From: Octopus vulgaris
Lineage: Eukaryota
Assembly (NCBI GenBank): GCA_951406725.2
Contig: OX597836.1
Coordinates: 37,510,001-37,574,000 of the forward strand
Direction: 5' to 3'
DNA length: 64,000 bases
The notes under the pieces are model-generated. The model saw only the letters and a list, made by a program, of their open reading frames with translations. It made no database searches and had not been told where the DNA came from. How positions within the stretch are numbered: position 1 is the stretch's first letter; every line of letters begins with the position of its first letter. The position numbers and the translations under genes are program-made. This document shows positions 52,249-64,000 of this stretch, piece by piece.

Positions 52249-52481
52249 AGTGAGAATTTACAAAAAACAAAAATAAAACGAAGACTGCTGTGTAACCAAC
52301 AAACAAGATGTATTAGTTTAACGCTCGGAAAGTGAGAAAGTCTTTTACATCTCGAGCCTAGGCTCTTCGACCGAAAGGAACACAGAAATAAATAGGGAGA
52401 GAAAATAGAAAATGTTTAGTGGCCCCCGATCTATCATTAAGTGCGGATTGAGACAAAAGACATTAGGAAAAAGCAGAAAGC
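52249..52481 (-). mobile_element. Short TA-anchored element with a decayed hammerhead-like motif (52342-52377)
   Basis: Homologous to 53461-53657; minus strand CTTT-CGGTCGA-AGAGC-CTAG-GCTC-GAGA-TG-TA-AAAG. Confidence 0.65.
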
Positions 52482-52512
<31 letters not shown>

Positions 52513-52644
52513 TGTATGAATACACACACACATATGTATATACATACATGTGCATAAATACACTTCTATATACACAAGCATAAAGCACACAAATGCACGT
52601 ACACACGTACACGCACACATACATGCAGCCACTCACACGCACAG

Positions 52645-52693
<49 letters not shown>

Positions 52694-53150
52694 CAAGCTC
52701 CTTCACGCACGTGCTCTGAAGCAGTAGAGAACTATTAACCGATTTGAGAGAGAAATTTCCTTGGTAATTAGTGCATATCAAGCATCCGCCTCGGCTTCCA
52801 CATTGCAAACGCAAAGCGGTTTTTATGTAAGCTGTATGGTGAACTCAAATTAGAGAATTGAACGGATGTGGGTTGTAACACAGATTATGGTAACCTATGA
52901 AAAATTGAGGCATGATATTATATAAAATTTATATTATAGCAACATGTGAAAATTTATATAAATACTATTGTATAAATGAACTTATATCATAAAATGTGGC
53001 ATAAACTGAAAATTCGTTCATCGAAGAGTACCAACGTAAGTAAATTTCATTGTGTATGTGTGTTAGGGTACGTACATACATGCATACATATAAGTGTATA
53101 TGTATATATATACATGCATAGATATATATATATATATACATACATACGTA

Positions 53151-53202
<52 letters not shown>

Positions 53203-53398
53203 GATATAGATATATATATATACACAGGCATACGTATCTATATATGTATATATGTATATATGTATATATATATGAGTGTGTGTACTTTGTGTGTGTACGC
53301 GTATAAGATTAAATACAATTCTGTATATGCTTGTAAATATGCATATATATGTATATATTATTATATACATCTACATGTCTTTTTACGTATGTATATGT

Positions 53399-53459
<61 letters not shown>

Positions 53460-53460
53460 T

Positions 53461-53656
53461 AGTTGAAAATTACAGAAAAACAAAAGACGAAGACAGGTGT
53501 ATAAACAACAAACAGCTGTATTAGTTTAACGCTTGGGAAGGTGTGAAAGACTTTTACATTTCGAGCCTACGCTCTTCAACAGAAAGGGATACGAAGAAAT
53601 AAAGAGAGGGAGAATAATAAAAGTTTGAGGGTTAGCGGTCAATCATGGCGGCTGGC

Positions 53657-53657
<1 letters not shown>
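53461..53657 (-). mobile_element. Short microsatellite-flanked element with a hammerhead-like motif (53551-53586)
   Basis: Minus strand CTTT-CTGTTGA-AGAGC-GTAG-GCTC-GAAA-TG-TA-AAAG, then a T-rich tail ending at the microsatellite. Confidence 0.7.
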
Positions 53658-53696
<39 letters not shown>

Positions 53697-53698
53697 TG

Positions 53699-53735
<37 letters not shown>

Positions 53736-54719
53736 TATACACACAAGCACATTTATACTCATCCATATACACATGAATATTTATTCACATGTGCAAGTCT
53801 ATGTGCTTATGCATGTACGTATGTATATATATATATATATACATATCTGTGCATGTGGGTATGAATATGCGAATATGCGTGTTTACATGTGTGCACCTAT
53901 CATGAAAATATATAAAAACTTCTATTATATTATTGACATTAATTCTCGAGAATTCCTCACCAAAAACTGGGGGAAAGAATATAAAAAGAGAAAAGAATTA
54001 AAAAAAAAAAGACATCTAGCAAAACAGAGGATTGCATATTTTTATTTCAACATAATTAATTATATTTCCTCCTTGTCTGTCCTTCCTCTCAAGCATAATT
54101 CACCCGGGATGCAGTCTGACACAGTTTTGCAAATGTAATTCTTGCAAGCTGTGCGATAGACAGGCCATTTTTTTTCCAATCTTTCTTCTGTTTTTACGTG
54201 TTTTTTTTTTTTATTTTTTGCATTACTTTTTCTTTCTCCCTTTTAATTTTATTCTTTCGTAAATTGTCATTTAAAACTACTTTTGCTATTTGATCTCATC
54301 TATCTGAGTTCAAATCCTAATGCGGTCTGCTTTGTTGCTAATGCTTCCGCGTTTTGGTGCTAAATACTATGTGTCAATCACGTGTTCTGGTGTAGGCAAC
54401 GGTAGGTGGTTTATACGCTTATTTCGTTATGATGTGAATCTGGATTCGATTCTGCTGTGCGACACAACCTCAGGGGGAACCCCTTTCTTATGAGGCAATT
54501 TAAGAAGTTGGAAACTTTATGGAAGCGCATCAGTTGGATTACGTCTGTAATTCAAAAGACCAACCTTATATAACATCCTGAAAATTATTTTCAATTTATA
54601 CGTCCCTGCAGAATACTCAACCACTTATTTTGTACTGTTGATATGTTTGCAAATATACACACATATAAGCATACATACAGATATACATAAGTTTATATAC
54701 ATGTAAAACACACATATGC

Positions 54720-54760
<41 letters not shown>

Positions 54761-55128
54761 ACTTGCTTACCAACCACATGGTTCCGGGTTCAGTCCGACT
54801 GCGTGGCACCTTGGACAAGTGTCTTCTACTATAGCTTCGGGTCGACGAAAGCCTTGTGAGTGGATTTGGTAGACGAAAGAATCCCATCGTATATATGTAT
54901 ATATATGTGTGTGTGTGTGTTTGTGTGTCTGTGTTTGTCCCCCAACATCACTTGACAACCGATGCTGGTGTGTTTACGCCCCCGTAACTTAGTGATTCGG
55001 CAAAAGGGACCGATAGAATAAGTACTAGGTTTCCAAAGAATAAGTCCTGGGGTCGATTTGCTCGACTAAAGGCGATGCTCCAGCATGGCTGCAGTCAAAT
55101 GTCTGAAACAAGTAAAAGATTAAAAGAG
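54761..55128 (+). mobile_element. SINE family B
   Basis: Copy with a slightly truncated head. Confidence 0.88.
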
Positions 55129-55184
55129 TACATATACACACACGCACATACAAACACACATAAATGTACAGACAGAAGTACTAA

Positions 55185-55515
55185 AGTACAGTTAGAAAGG
55201 CATAGGAAAAATTTCTTTAGATTTTCAAAAATTTAGGACTAAATATTACTATAGATAAGGATTATCGTAGAGTGAATTTTCTTGACGCTACCTTCTGTCT
55301 TGATTATGGATTATTTGAACCATTTCATAAACCGAATGATCATATTATGTACATTAACGTAACATCCAACTATCAAACCTCGATTATAAGGGGACTAGTT
55401 AAGAATATTTCTACTAGGATTTCTAGATTGTCTCCTACCAGTAAAATTTTCGAATCTCATGCATCTTATTATAATGATGCTCCAGCTAAGACTGGGTACC
55501 GTGCTACTTTACCTT
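55185..55515 (+). pseudogene. Fragment of a second, diverged Naiad-type PLE reverse transcriptase
   Basis: FKNLGLNITID..VNFLDATF..FEPFHKPND..YI..SNY..IIRGLVKNISTRISRLS..HASYYNDA..TGY aligns collinearly with FQRMGLRVTID..VDFLDVNF..FKPFRKPNE..YYDSALKNSGF of the main ORF. Confidence 0.85.
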
Positions 55516-55964
55516 TTTTTTGAAAAGTGGGGTGGTCCCTTCAGTTTTATCAATTTTTCTCCTAGAAGGTCGGTATCTCAAGATACCTGTAATGTGGCAG
55601 TGACCTGCCTGGGTAAATTTGCCATTTAACAAAAAAAATTTCATCAAAATCGGATGAAAAATGTAGAAACGCATAAAAACCATACACCTACACACACACA
55701 CACACATTTTGAGTTTTATATATATAATTATATATATACTAGCTGACGTACCCGGTAATTCCAGGGAAAACGGGACATATCTCTTGGTTCCGTTTTGCTA
55801 ATCCAATAACAGAAATACAAAGTATGTAGATCTGAAAACGATTTTTGTACATTCACAGAGAATACCGAACTGTTTTACACAGGATCTTGTTTTTAGGAAT
55901 TCTCAATAAGTTATGAATACCCAAATTATGAATTCAGGTATGTAATAAGCAAATGTGGAATTGC

Positions 55965-56246
55965 CTTGACCTCCCATAGCTTGCACTCGGGTGTCCAGGT
56001 CAAGTAATACCTCATTGTAAATGGTGTTAAAGGTTTGCCTTTAAATCCTTGCTAGATGTCCTCTGCCATGTTGGTTTTGTTGATCGCCAAATACCATCAA
56101 CATGATAGGCGCAGGAGTGGCTGTGTGGTAAGTAGCTTGTTTACCAACCACATGGTTCCGGGTTCAGTCCCACTGCGTGGCACCTTGTCAAAGCCTTGTG
56201 AGTGGATTTGGTAGACGGAAACTGAAAGAAGCCCGTCGTATATATG

Positions 56247-56294
<48 letters not shown>

Positions 56295-56960
56295 TGTGTT
56301 GTGTTTTTCCCCACCCCCAACATCGCTTGACAACCGATGCTGGTGTGTTTATGTCCCCGTTACTTAGCGGTTCGGCAAAAGAGACCGATAGAATAAGTAC
56401 TGGGCTTACAAAAGAATAAGTCCCGGGGTCGAGTTGCTCGATTAAAGGCGGTGCTCCAGCATGGCTGCAGTCAAATGACTGAAACAAGTAAAAGAGTATG
56501 ATAGAAAATAGCTGCCCCAGTTGATTAGTGCTGTGCTGACTGCTGCCTCCTCCAGTGTCTGGTCCTAGTGAGTATCCTCCTCCAGTAGTCCATGTTTGGC
56601 ACAGACTTCCCTATAGGTCGTGCAGATTTCCCCATTGTGTCTTCGAAAATCTGTGAATGATGTAGGACCTCTGACAGTGTGTAGCAGTAGATGCAGAAAG
56701 AAGCACTCCTGTTGATTATGGTGCACAGCGTACACCAGCCCGATGGCCCCCACTTCTGAAGACGACATTGTCTTCCCAACCCTCAATGCGTGTTCCTTGC
56801 TTACGTTTGTTCCCTCTATTGTGTACCCAGGTATAGTACACGGGGACCTCTACATACAACAGTGTTCGGGCAAACAGATCACATCGGCATAATTTGAAGA
56901 ACTACGTTTCGAGCATTGTCTTCTGTGAAATATTCACTCTGGCCATTTTCAAGATTACAG
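55965..56960 (-). pseudogene. Helitron Rep/helicase remnant, split by a SINE
   Basis: LENGQSEYFTEDN, LLYVEVPVYYTW..RKQG, IGLVYAVHHNQQECFFLHLLLHTVRGPTSFTDFR..NG..C.TYREVC...GLLEED, NMAEDI, YNEVLLDL. Confidence 0.85.
56108..56497 (+). mobile_element. SINE family B nested in the Helitron
   Basis: Near full-length copy; ATGATAG on both flanks. Confidence 0.9.
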
Positions 56961-57594
56961 ATAGATTTTAAGAAGGCGTTCCTAAGTGTAAACAGGGCGT
57001 GACATTTGTGTTTCCAGTGCATTTGTTTAAAAGCAGAACATTTCTTCACGCAGCGCTTGTCAGTTGGCTGAAGTGACATAAAAGACATCGTTATTCATGG
57101 TATATTCGTGAATAGGTCACTAACCGAAATAAGTGGATCTATTATTTAGGAAAACATCATTTACTTGTTTAAGGGTCGAGAGTTGTACTGGATAAATTGT
57201 GAAAATAACTCTAACAGTTCAAATACTAAAAAAAGCACACTCAATATGATTTATACCAAATAATACAGGAAAATGGATGGGTTATTTCCCCGGTTGTTAA
57301 AATAAAATATATTAGTTATATATAAGGATCCCTCCCAGGGGCCCTGTTATCGATTTTTTTTTCAACAATCTGAATACGCCATGAAGTTTTCAGACATGAG
57401 TTCTACTCACTTGTCAAGTTTCATCAAAATCGATAGAATGATGTGGGAGGAGATACATAACAACTCCGCAAACAGACACACGGACACACAGAATTTCCCA
57501 CATATGTAGTAGATATATAGTCAACTGAGCTGTAAATGAGCAACCGTGCGACGGACCTAATTCCGATCAGAAGGAATGTTGGTCCGCTCGCCTT

Positions 57595-57744
57595 ACCAGC
57601 GGGGTTGCATTATTCAAAAGCTAAAGCGATGCCAAGCGCATTGTGATCAGCGAGGTATTACAATATCCGATAGTCTGGTCATTCACCGGTTGTCTCTGAA
57701 CCTTGCGACCCAAAAGCTAAAACAATATATTTATGTGTCTGTGT

Positions 57745-57808
<64 letters not shown>

Positions 57809-57933
57809 TGAGCTTTTGGGTCGCAAGGTTCAGAGACAACAGATGATTGACCAGACTATCGGATATTGTAATACCTCCGCTGATCACAATGCGCTTGGCA
57901 TCGCTTTAGCTTTTGAATAATGCTACCCCGCTG

Positions 57934-57935
<2 letters not shown>
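57595..57935. repeat. ~135-bp inverted repeat around a (CA)n(TA)n spacer
   Basis: 57595-57730 is the reverse complement of ~57799-57935; the first ~95 bp derive from SINE family C tail 1. Confidence 0.9.
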
Positions 57936-57997
<62 letters not shown>

Positions 57998-58849
57998 CAT
58001 GCAAAACAGGAATTTTCGGCTTTCGTCTAACAAATCCACTCAGAAGTCTTTAGTCGACCAGGTGCTATAGTAGAAGACATTGGCCCGAAGTTCCACACAA
58101 TGGGACTGAACCCGGTACCAGGTGGTTGGGAAGCAAAATGCTTACTACATATTCACGAAAGCTAATACAAAATTAAGTACCTTTTTGGGGTTTTATTTTA
58201 TATCTGAACGGAATCCTCCATTTATAAACTTCCCGTCGTTTTTTTCTAAGCACTCGTGTCCGACATAATTTTCAAAATAATATGGTTTAGTTTTAGGAGG
58301 ATTTGGAACATGTAGAGACTCCTAGGGAGTCGCATAATAAAAAGCATATCGAAATGTGTGTATGTGTGCGCGCGTGTGTGTATGCGTGTGCGTGTATGTC
58401 ATCTGTTACTTATATTTATCTGTTGGTATGTATGCACATAATAAAGAATTTGGTTTCATAAACGTTCCTTTCGTATTCTCTTGACATCTTCCTGCTGTGA
58501 ACTTAAGGAAGATATTGAATTCCTCGTGTTGAATGTGTGTGTATGTATAAGCACTTGTATTCCTTGTACGCTCACTCACGTGCATGTGTACATATATACA
58601 CACAAGTGCACATGCGTGAGTATAAATAAATGTTTGTTTTCACATAGACACACACATATATAGTCATACACACGCACGCACATACATACATGTATGAGTG
58701 AGTGTTTGTGTATGTGTGTGTGTTCGTGTATGTGTGTGCGTGTGCGTTTGTGTGCGTGTGTGTTTGTGTGTGTGTATGTACATACATTTGGCTTTAGGTT
58801 ATAAAGCCAAACAACAGAAGGCCAGGCGCGAGTAGGCCGGATGTTTACA

Positions 58850-59100
58850 AGACAATATTTTATAATGCATTTTCTTTTACCAGCGCTGATTTCAACATTT
58901 TGGATACTTGACTGGTCTGTAAAGGAAATCTACTCCATAGACATTCAAACTTACAGGATTCTGATATCACCCGGAAACTTTTATAGAAAATCAGTGCTAA
59001 CGGCAGGCTGTAGCTAAGAAGATACGAAAGAGGTAGAAACAGCCTTTGAATGTCGAATAATATCTCTCAGCACCTGCTAAACATCGTCAGCAAAAATTAA
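58850..59100 (+). pseudogene. Non-LTR retrotransposon remnant (post-RT region, R4/Dong- or RTEX-like)
   Basis: NAF.LPALIS.F..LDWSVKEIYSIDIQTYRIL...GNF...RL*LRRYERGR..FECRIISL. Confidence 0.55.
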
Positions 59101-59319
59101 AATAAGATTAATCAACATTCTACGAGTTGAAAATGAGCGCCTCAGGAGTTTTTCTATTCCTGACGACTACTCATAATCTGTAACAGTTGGACTGACGTAT
59201 CTCAAAGAAGACCCAGATGTGAAGCGCTCAGCATGCCAAAAACATACATAAATGAATAAACAAAAGAAAGACTATACATGGTTATGTTTCCCGAAGCCTT
59301 GAAGATGAGACTAAAATTG

Positions 59320-59764
59320 GTTTCAAATTTTGACTCAAGGCTAACGATTTCAGGAGAGGATTAAATCGATTACATCGAGCTTAGTATTGAACTGGTACTT
59401 GTTTTATAAATCCCGGAAGGATAAAAGCCAAATTCGACCTCGGTGAATTAGAATTCAGAACGTAAAGACGGACGAAATTCCACTAAGCATTTTTCCCGGC
59501 GAGCTAACGATTCTGCCAGCTCGCCGCCTTAGATGATATTTTTATTTCTTTATTGCTCACAGGGGGCTAAACATAGATGGGACAAACAAGGAGATTAAGT
59601 CGATTATAAGGACCCCAGTGCGAAACTGGTACTTATTTAATCGACCCCGAAAGGATGAAAGGCAAAGTCGACCTCGGCGGAACTTGAACTCAGAACATAA
59701 CGGCAGACGAAATACCGCTAAGCATTTCGGCCTGCGTGCTAACGATTCTGCCAGCTCGCCGCCT
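59320..59764 (-). mobile_element. Two tandem SINE family A copies
   Basis: Reverse heads end at ~59528 and ~59764, both followed by TTAGATGATATT. Confidence 0.85.
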
Positions 59765-60347
59765 TAGATGATATTAATATTGACATATTCATCAAGTGCA
59801 ACCTCTCTTGGACTTGTGGCCGTTACATCACATCACATTTTAAAGTACGTGAATTTACTATCCAAGAACATGGCGTTGCTACAAACGAACTATTAAACAA
59901 AGGAGACAGTGAAGCTCTAAGAGGCCCAAGATGCAACTGAAAGTGTCGATTGTCATATTTCTGTGGAAGACATCAAACATGTGACCAGCTGCTACCCAAA
60001 ATATCAAAACGGTTTTTCATCCCAATTCAACTTGACTGTCGTTAAAAAAATATACAGATCTGTACAAAAAAATATATTCTAGAATAAATATAGAGAATCA
60101 CGCTGGCATTGAATACATGCATAAGCGTCAAGGCAAGGAATGGAACACACCTATCAAAACTTGTACCAAGTGTAAATTTAAAAGGCTGAATACTGTCTGG
60201 AATAGACATGAAAATACATGTATGTAATGTCAAGGAGATCAGCTGGTCTGCTGATGTGAATATCTTTTCGAAAGTCTAAGTCAGTATTTACTCTTTTGTT
60301 TGTTTCGGTCATTTGACTGTGGCCATGCTGGAGCACCACCTTCAGTC

Positions 60348-60664
60348 GAGTATTTCTCAACTATTTTTACATATGGACCCTTTTGAGTACAGTTTCACAC
60401 TCGGTGATTTAAAACTAGTTTTAAAGATACTGCTTTCAAAATTCCTATTTTGTTTTTCACACATTAGCTGGTGTAGGTTGAACTATGTAAAATATTAGAG
60501 AAAGAAATTTAGCTATTTCTAGCAATAAATACATCTAAATCAAAATTCTTTCATGAACCCTTAATATACTACTGTGGATCCCCAATTTAGTATTTCGCTT
60601 GTATAACCTCAAAAAATATTATATGACCCTCATGAGTCACATGGACGCCGGTTGAAAACCACTG
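60348..60664. mobile_element. Probable hAT-type MITE
   Basis: Left GTATTTCTCAAC..ATGGACCC, right ATGGACGCCGGTTGAAAACCACTG; resembles CAGTGGTTCTCAAC termini. Confidence 0.5.
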
Positions 60665-61060
60665 ATCTAATGGATGAGGAAAAATACAGACAACTACTTG
60701 AAACCTTCAAGTTCTATACTCAGATTATAAATTTACATTTATACCAATTTTTTTGTTGTGTATTTAACAGGCTGGTGGATTAGATATGCTGAATATGACT
60801 GGATATAATGTAGAACAGGGAACTTATGAATGATTTGCTGACTCTTCCCCAGCTTATTCAATTCAATATTAAGTTGACCCTACATTCTTCTGCCTCAAGC
60901 ACTTAAAAAAATATTGTATAGTGAAATCTGGGATTAATTACGTATTTTGTAATAGCTTAGTCAGAGAAGGAAGAGCAGCATCTGTACTGCTTCTGTTTTT
61001 TTCAGGTCCTCTAAAACTGGGGAAAGAAGAGAGATACTTATTTTCAAGTTTCTTGTAATA

Positions 61061-61587
61061 CAGTGTGTCCCCAGAAAAATGTTCTCACACTTTAAACAAC
61101 AATAAAGGCATTGTTTATTAACTTTGAAACAAGCTTAAATGCGTGAAGGGATAAATGCAAGTTTGCAAATGTTCAAACTGACGACCACCGTTTCATTTCA
61201 AAATGCGATGGGCGCTTAGGTTTGAGACTCCTGTCTCACAAGCCATTTGTCGAACAGATTTTGTGGAGGGCTTCTAACAAGGGTCTAAATCGTGGTTTTC
61301 CTGAATGCTGCTTATGGACATCGTGCACATTTCCGTCTGATTCAAACTTATCTCGGATGCGAGCAATAGCGCATCACGATGGTGGATCTTTGTGGAAATG
61401 GCTTCTAAATTGTCTTTGCACTTTCACAGCGTGTTCAGGTTTCCAGTAGCACTTTATGATAAATGTTCTGTCTTCAAAGCTTAGCCGTTCTTCAGCCATT
61501 ATTGAGGTCAACTTGATCTGAAAAGAAATGAAATATTCAATAAGTTATGGGGAGTCAAAATTGGAATACCCTGTTAGGGACACTGTG
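61061..61587 (-). mobile_element. Internally deleted Tc1/mariner-superfamily transposon
   Basis: TA|CAGTGTGTCCC ... GGGACACTGTG|TA; minus strand MAEERLSFEDRTFIIKCYWK..AVKVQRQFR..F.KDPPS..AIARIRDKFE..G.V.D (N-terminal HTH) joined to a C-terminal GRQFEHL. Confidence 0.75.
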
Positions 61588-62199
61588 TAGATTGGGCCTC
61601 TACAATGCAACCCATCACAAGGCACGCATATTACAAATGATAGCCCTAAACCAGGTGGCTCGGTTAGCTTTGATCACCCATCATTCCTTGCGCTATACGG
61701 CTTTGATCATAGTTCTTATTATGAACTGGCCAGGCTCAAATGAACAGCCCCAGCAAAATAATTGGGAATAAATCCTTTATAAGGGAGAGAGAGAGAGAAG
61801 AGGTGATATAGTAATCAGAAAAGGGTGAATTGTGACAAAAAGAGGGAGGAAGAGGAACAAAATATAGGTGGAAGGGAGAACTAAAAGAAAGAGTGGAAAG
61901 GGAGGATATGAGAGTAAAAGAGAGAATAGAAGAAAAGGTTAAGGCATAAAGGAGAAACAGAAAAGAGACTTAGAGACAAAGAGAGTAAGAGAGAAGGAGA
62001 TAGAGAGAAGAGGGAAAGACTGTGTCAAATAATTTGATTCAATATATTTAGGTTATCAATTTTAAAAGTACTCCAAATGCAAAAAATAGCATTAAGCTTC
62101 CAGATCGAGAGAAATCCTACACCACGAAATACTGACGTTTAAAAGTACAGAATCACCAAAAATTATTCATTCTTCCATAAGAGAAAAACCAGCACACAG

Positions 62200-62482
62200 T
62201 TTTAGAAGTCTATCAAATTATACACTACATTCCACGGGGTGTAGTTTCATACCCACTTATACATACATACATACATACATACATACATACATACATACAT
62301 ACACGCTTTCATGCACATATACATGCATATGTGCATGCAGCCATATGCAGTTTTCTAAGTCTATCAAATTATACACTACATTCCACGGGGTGTAGTTTCA
62401 TACCCACTTATACATACATACATACATACATACATACACGCACTTTTGCACATATACATTCATATGTGCATGCAGCCATATG
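62200..62482 (+). repeat. Tandem duplication of a ~130-150-bp unit
   Basis: AAGTCTATCAAATTATACACTACATTCCACGGGGTGTAGTTTCATACCCACTTA(TACA)n...ATGCAGCCATATGC occurs twice. Confidence 0.9.
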
Positions 62483-62573
62483 CGCGCGCGTGTGTGTGCG
62501 TGTATGAGTGTTTGCCTGTATATGTGTGTGTGTATCTATATATACATATAAGAGAACAAAGTGTACGTACGCC

Positions 62574-62616
<43 letters not shown>

Positions 62617-62618
<2 letters not shown>

Positions 62619-63020
62619 TCTTTTACTCTTTTACTTGTTTCAGTCATTTGACTGCGGCCATGCTGGAGCACCGCCTTTAATCGAGCAACTCGACCCCGGG
62701 ACTTATTCTTTTGTAAGCCCAGTACTTATTCTATCGGTCTCTTTTTTGCCGAACCGCTAAGTTACGGGGATATAAACACACCAGCATCAGTTGTCAAGCA
62801 ATGCTTGGGGGACAAACACAGACACACACACACATACATATATATATACATATATACGACGGGCTTCTTTCAGTTGCCGTCTAACAAATCCACTCACAAG
62901 GCTTTGGTCGGCCCGAGGCTATAATAGAAGACACTTGCCCAAGGTGCCAGGCAGTGGGACTGAACCCGGAACCATATGGTTGGTAAGCAAGCTACTTACC
63001 ACACAGCCACTCCCACGCCT
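62617..63020 (-). mobile_element. SINE family B
   Basis: Full-length reverse copy between (TA)n tracts. Confidence 0.9.
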
Positions 63021-63654
63021 ATATATTTATATATATATATAAATACAAAATGGGACAAGAACGCAAAACATCCAGATAGACGATACAAAAAACACCAAGT
63101 TTTGATAGGTGTGTTCCATTCCTTGCCTTGATGTTATGCATGTATTCAATGCCAGCGTGATTCTCTATATTTATTCTAGAATATATTTTTTCGGACAGAT
63201 CTGTATATTTTTTTAACGACAACGTCAAGTTGAATTGGGATTTAATCGACTTAATCCGTGTGTCTGTCCTTGTTTGTCCCCTCTGTGTTTAGCCCCTTGT
63301 GGGTAGTAAAGAAATAGGTATCATTGTGCAGCGAACTCCTCATTGAAATGAGGCCCCAATTGTTAGAACAACCCGTTATCAGTTTTTGCTCAATATTCTT
63401 CTAGCCATTGCTCATCGTCTCCTGTTAACCAAATCCAGTGGCTTGTCTTTTCCACTGTTGTCTGGATATCACTCATGGTAGCATTTGCTTTACGATGAGT
63501 TGGGCCTAACTCATCAGAGAAAAGATGGAAAATCCGAGATGGAAAATCCGATGGAAAATCCGAGCAAAGGAATCTGGGCTTTGGTGAGAGTTGAATGTTG
63601 GAATTTCCACCATGAAGCTGACCCCGAATGAGAACTTTCGCTACCACTCGTAGA

Positions 63655-64000
63655 GGATTAGCAAGGGACAAATTCTGAGAGACAAGGCCAAGCAGAACCG
63701 CTTGACGAAATCAAAGAAGCTATTGAACAAATTGAGATATCCTGTTGAGCTGGGGATCATCTGGGTTTACTCAGATGAAAAGAACTTGTGCCAGGACCAG
63801 TTGCACAATTTCCAGAACAACAGGTAGCTTGCCTACCGACCTTATTGCCTATGTATCATGGAAACTAAGTTCCCCCAAACTGTGATGGTCTTTGGGTGTT
63901 TCCAGTGAGGGTGGTGTCAAGCCACACTACATCTTTGTACAGGGCCTTAGGCTCAATCCAGACGGCTATGTGAAGCTGCTGAAGACTGTGCCCAAATCCT
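63655..64000 (+). pseudogene. DD37D/maT-like transposase remnant running off the window end
   Basis: KQNRLTKSKKLLNKLRYP..IWVYSDEKNLCQDQLHN.QNNR*L..METKFPQTVMVFG..SEG..HYIFVQGLRLNPDGYVKLL. Confidence 0.8.

Larger units (their letters stand above)
55739..57513 (-). mobile_element. Internally deleted Helitron with both termini
   Basis: Minus strand begins A|TCTACTAC (57513) and ends CTAG|T (55739), with an imperfect CCCGG..CCAGGG hairpin ~10 nt inside; contains RepHel remnants. Confidence 0.8.

Noticed and set aside
60750-60835. Possible terminal exon (TTTAACAG|GCTGGTGGA...TGA, AGGLDMLNMTGYNVEQGTYE*)
   Set aside because: The acceptor looks plausible, but the peptide is short and unrecognised and no partner exons were found.
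63390-63671. 93-aa minus-strand ORF
   Set aside because: No family recognised; it contains a short internal tandem duplication (GGAAAATCCGA) and overlaps a transposase remnant.

Overview
Eukaryotic, AT-rich (by eye) non-coding DNA made almost entirely of transposable elements and microsatellites. The tRNA-derived SINE families and the density of (TA)n/(CA)n/(TACA)n/(TAGA)n tracts resemble an octopus (cephalopod) genome; this is an inference. I found no supportable host exon, and nearly all ORF-track entries are microsatellite or SINE translations. The centrepiece is a young, 5'-truncated Penelope-like element (PLE; reverse transcriptase + C-terminal GIY-YIG endonuclease, Naiad-type motifs) at 40741-45444. 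It has ~1.63-kb inverted arms, an asymmetric 3' tail, (TA)n on both sides and a minimal hammerhead ribozyme in each arm. Four more short (~170-240 bp) elements from three other families end in a T-rich tail abutting TA-rich tracts and carry hammerhead-like folds, some with unusual cores (CUGUUGA, UUGAAAA). A further family reproduces the inverted-arm-plus-tail architecture in miniature without a recognisable hammerhead. Also present: a decayed Neptune-like PLE, a second Naiad fragment, a Helitron with both termini, several Tc1/mariner-superfamily remnants, MITEs, LINE/CRE remnants, an isolated 3' half of tRNA-Leu(AAG), and several 90-145-bp local duplications. All alignments and folds were done by eye, and boundaries of decayed elements are approximate.
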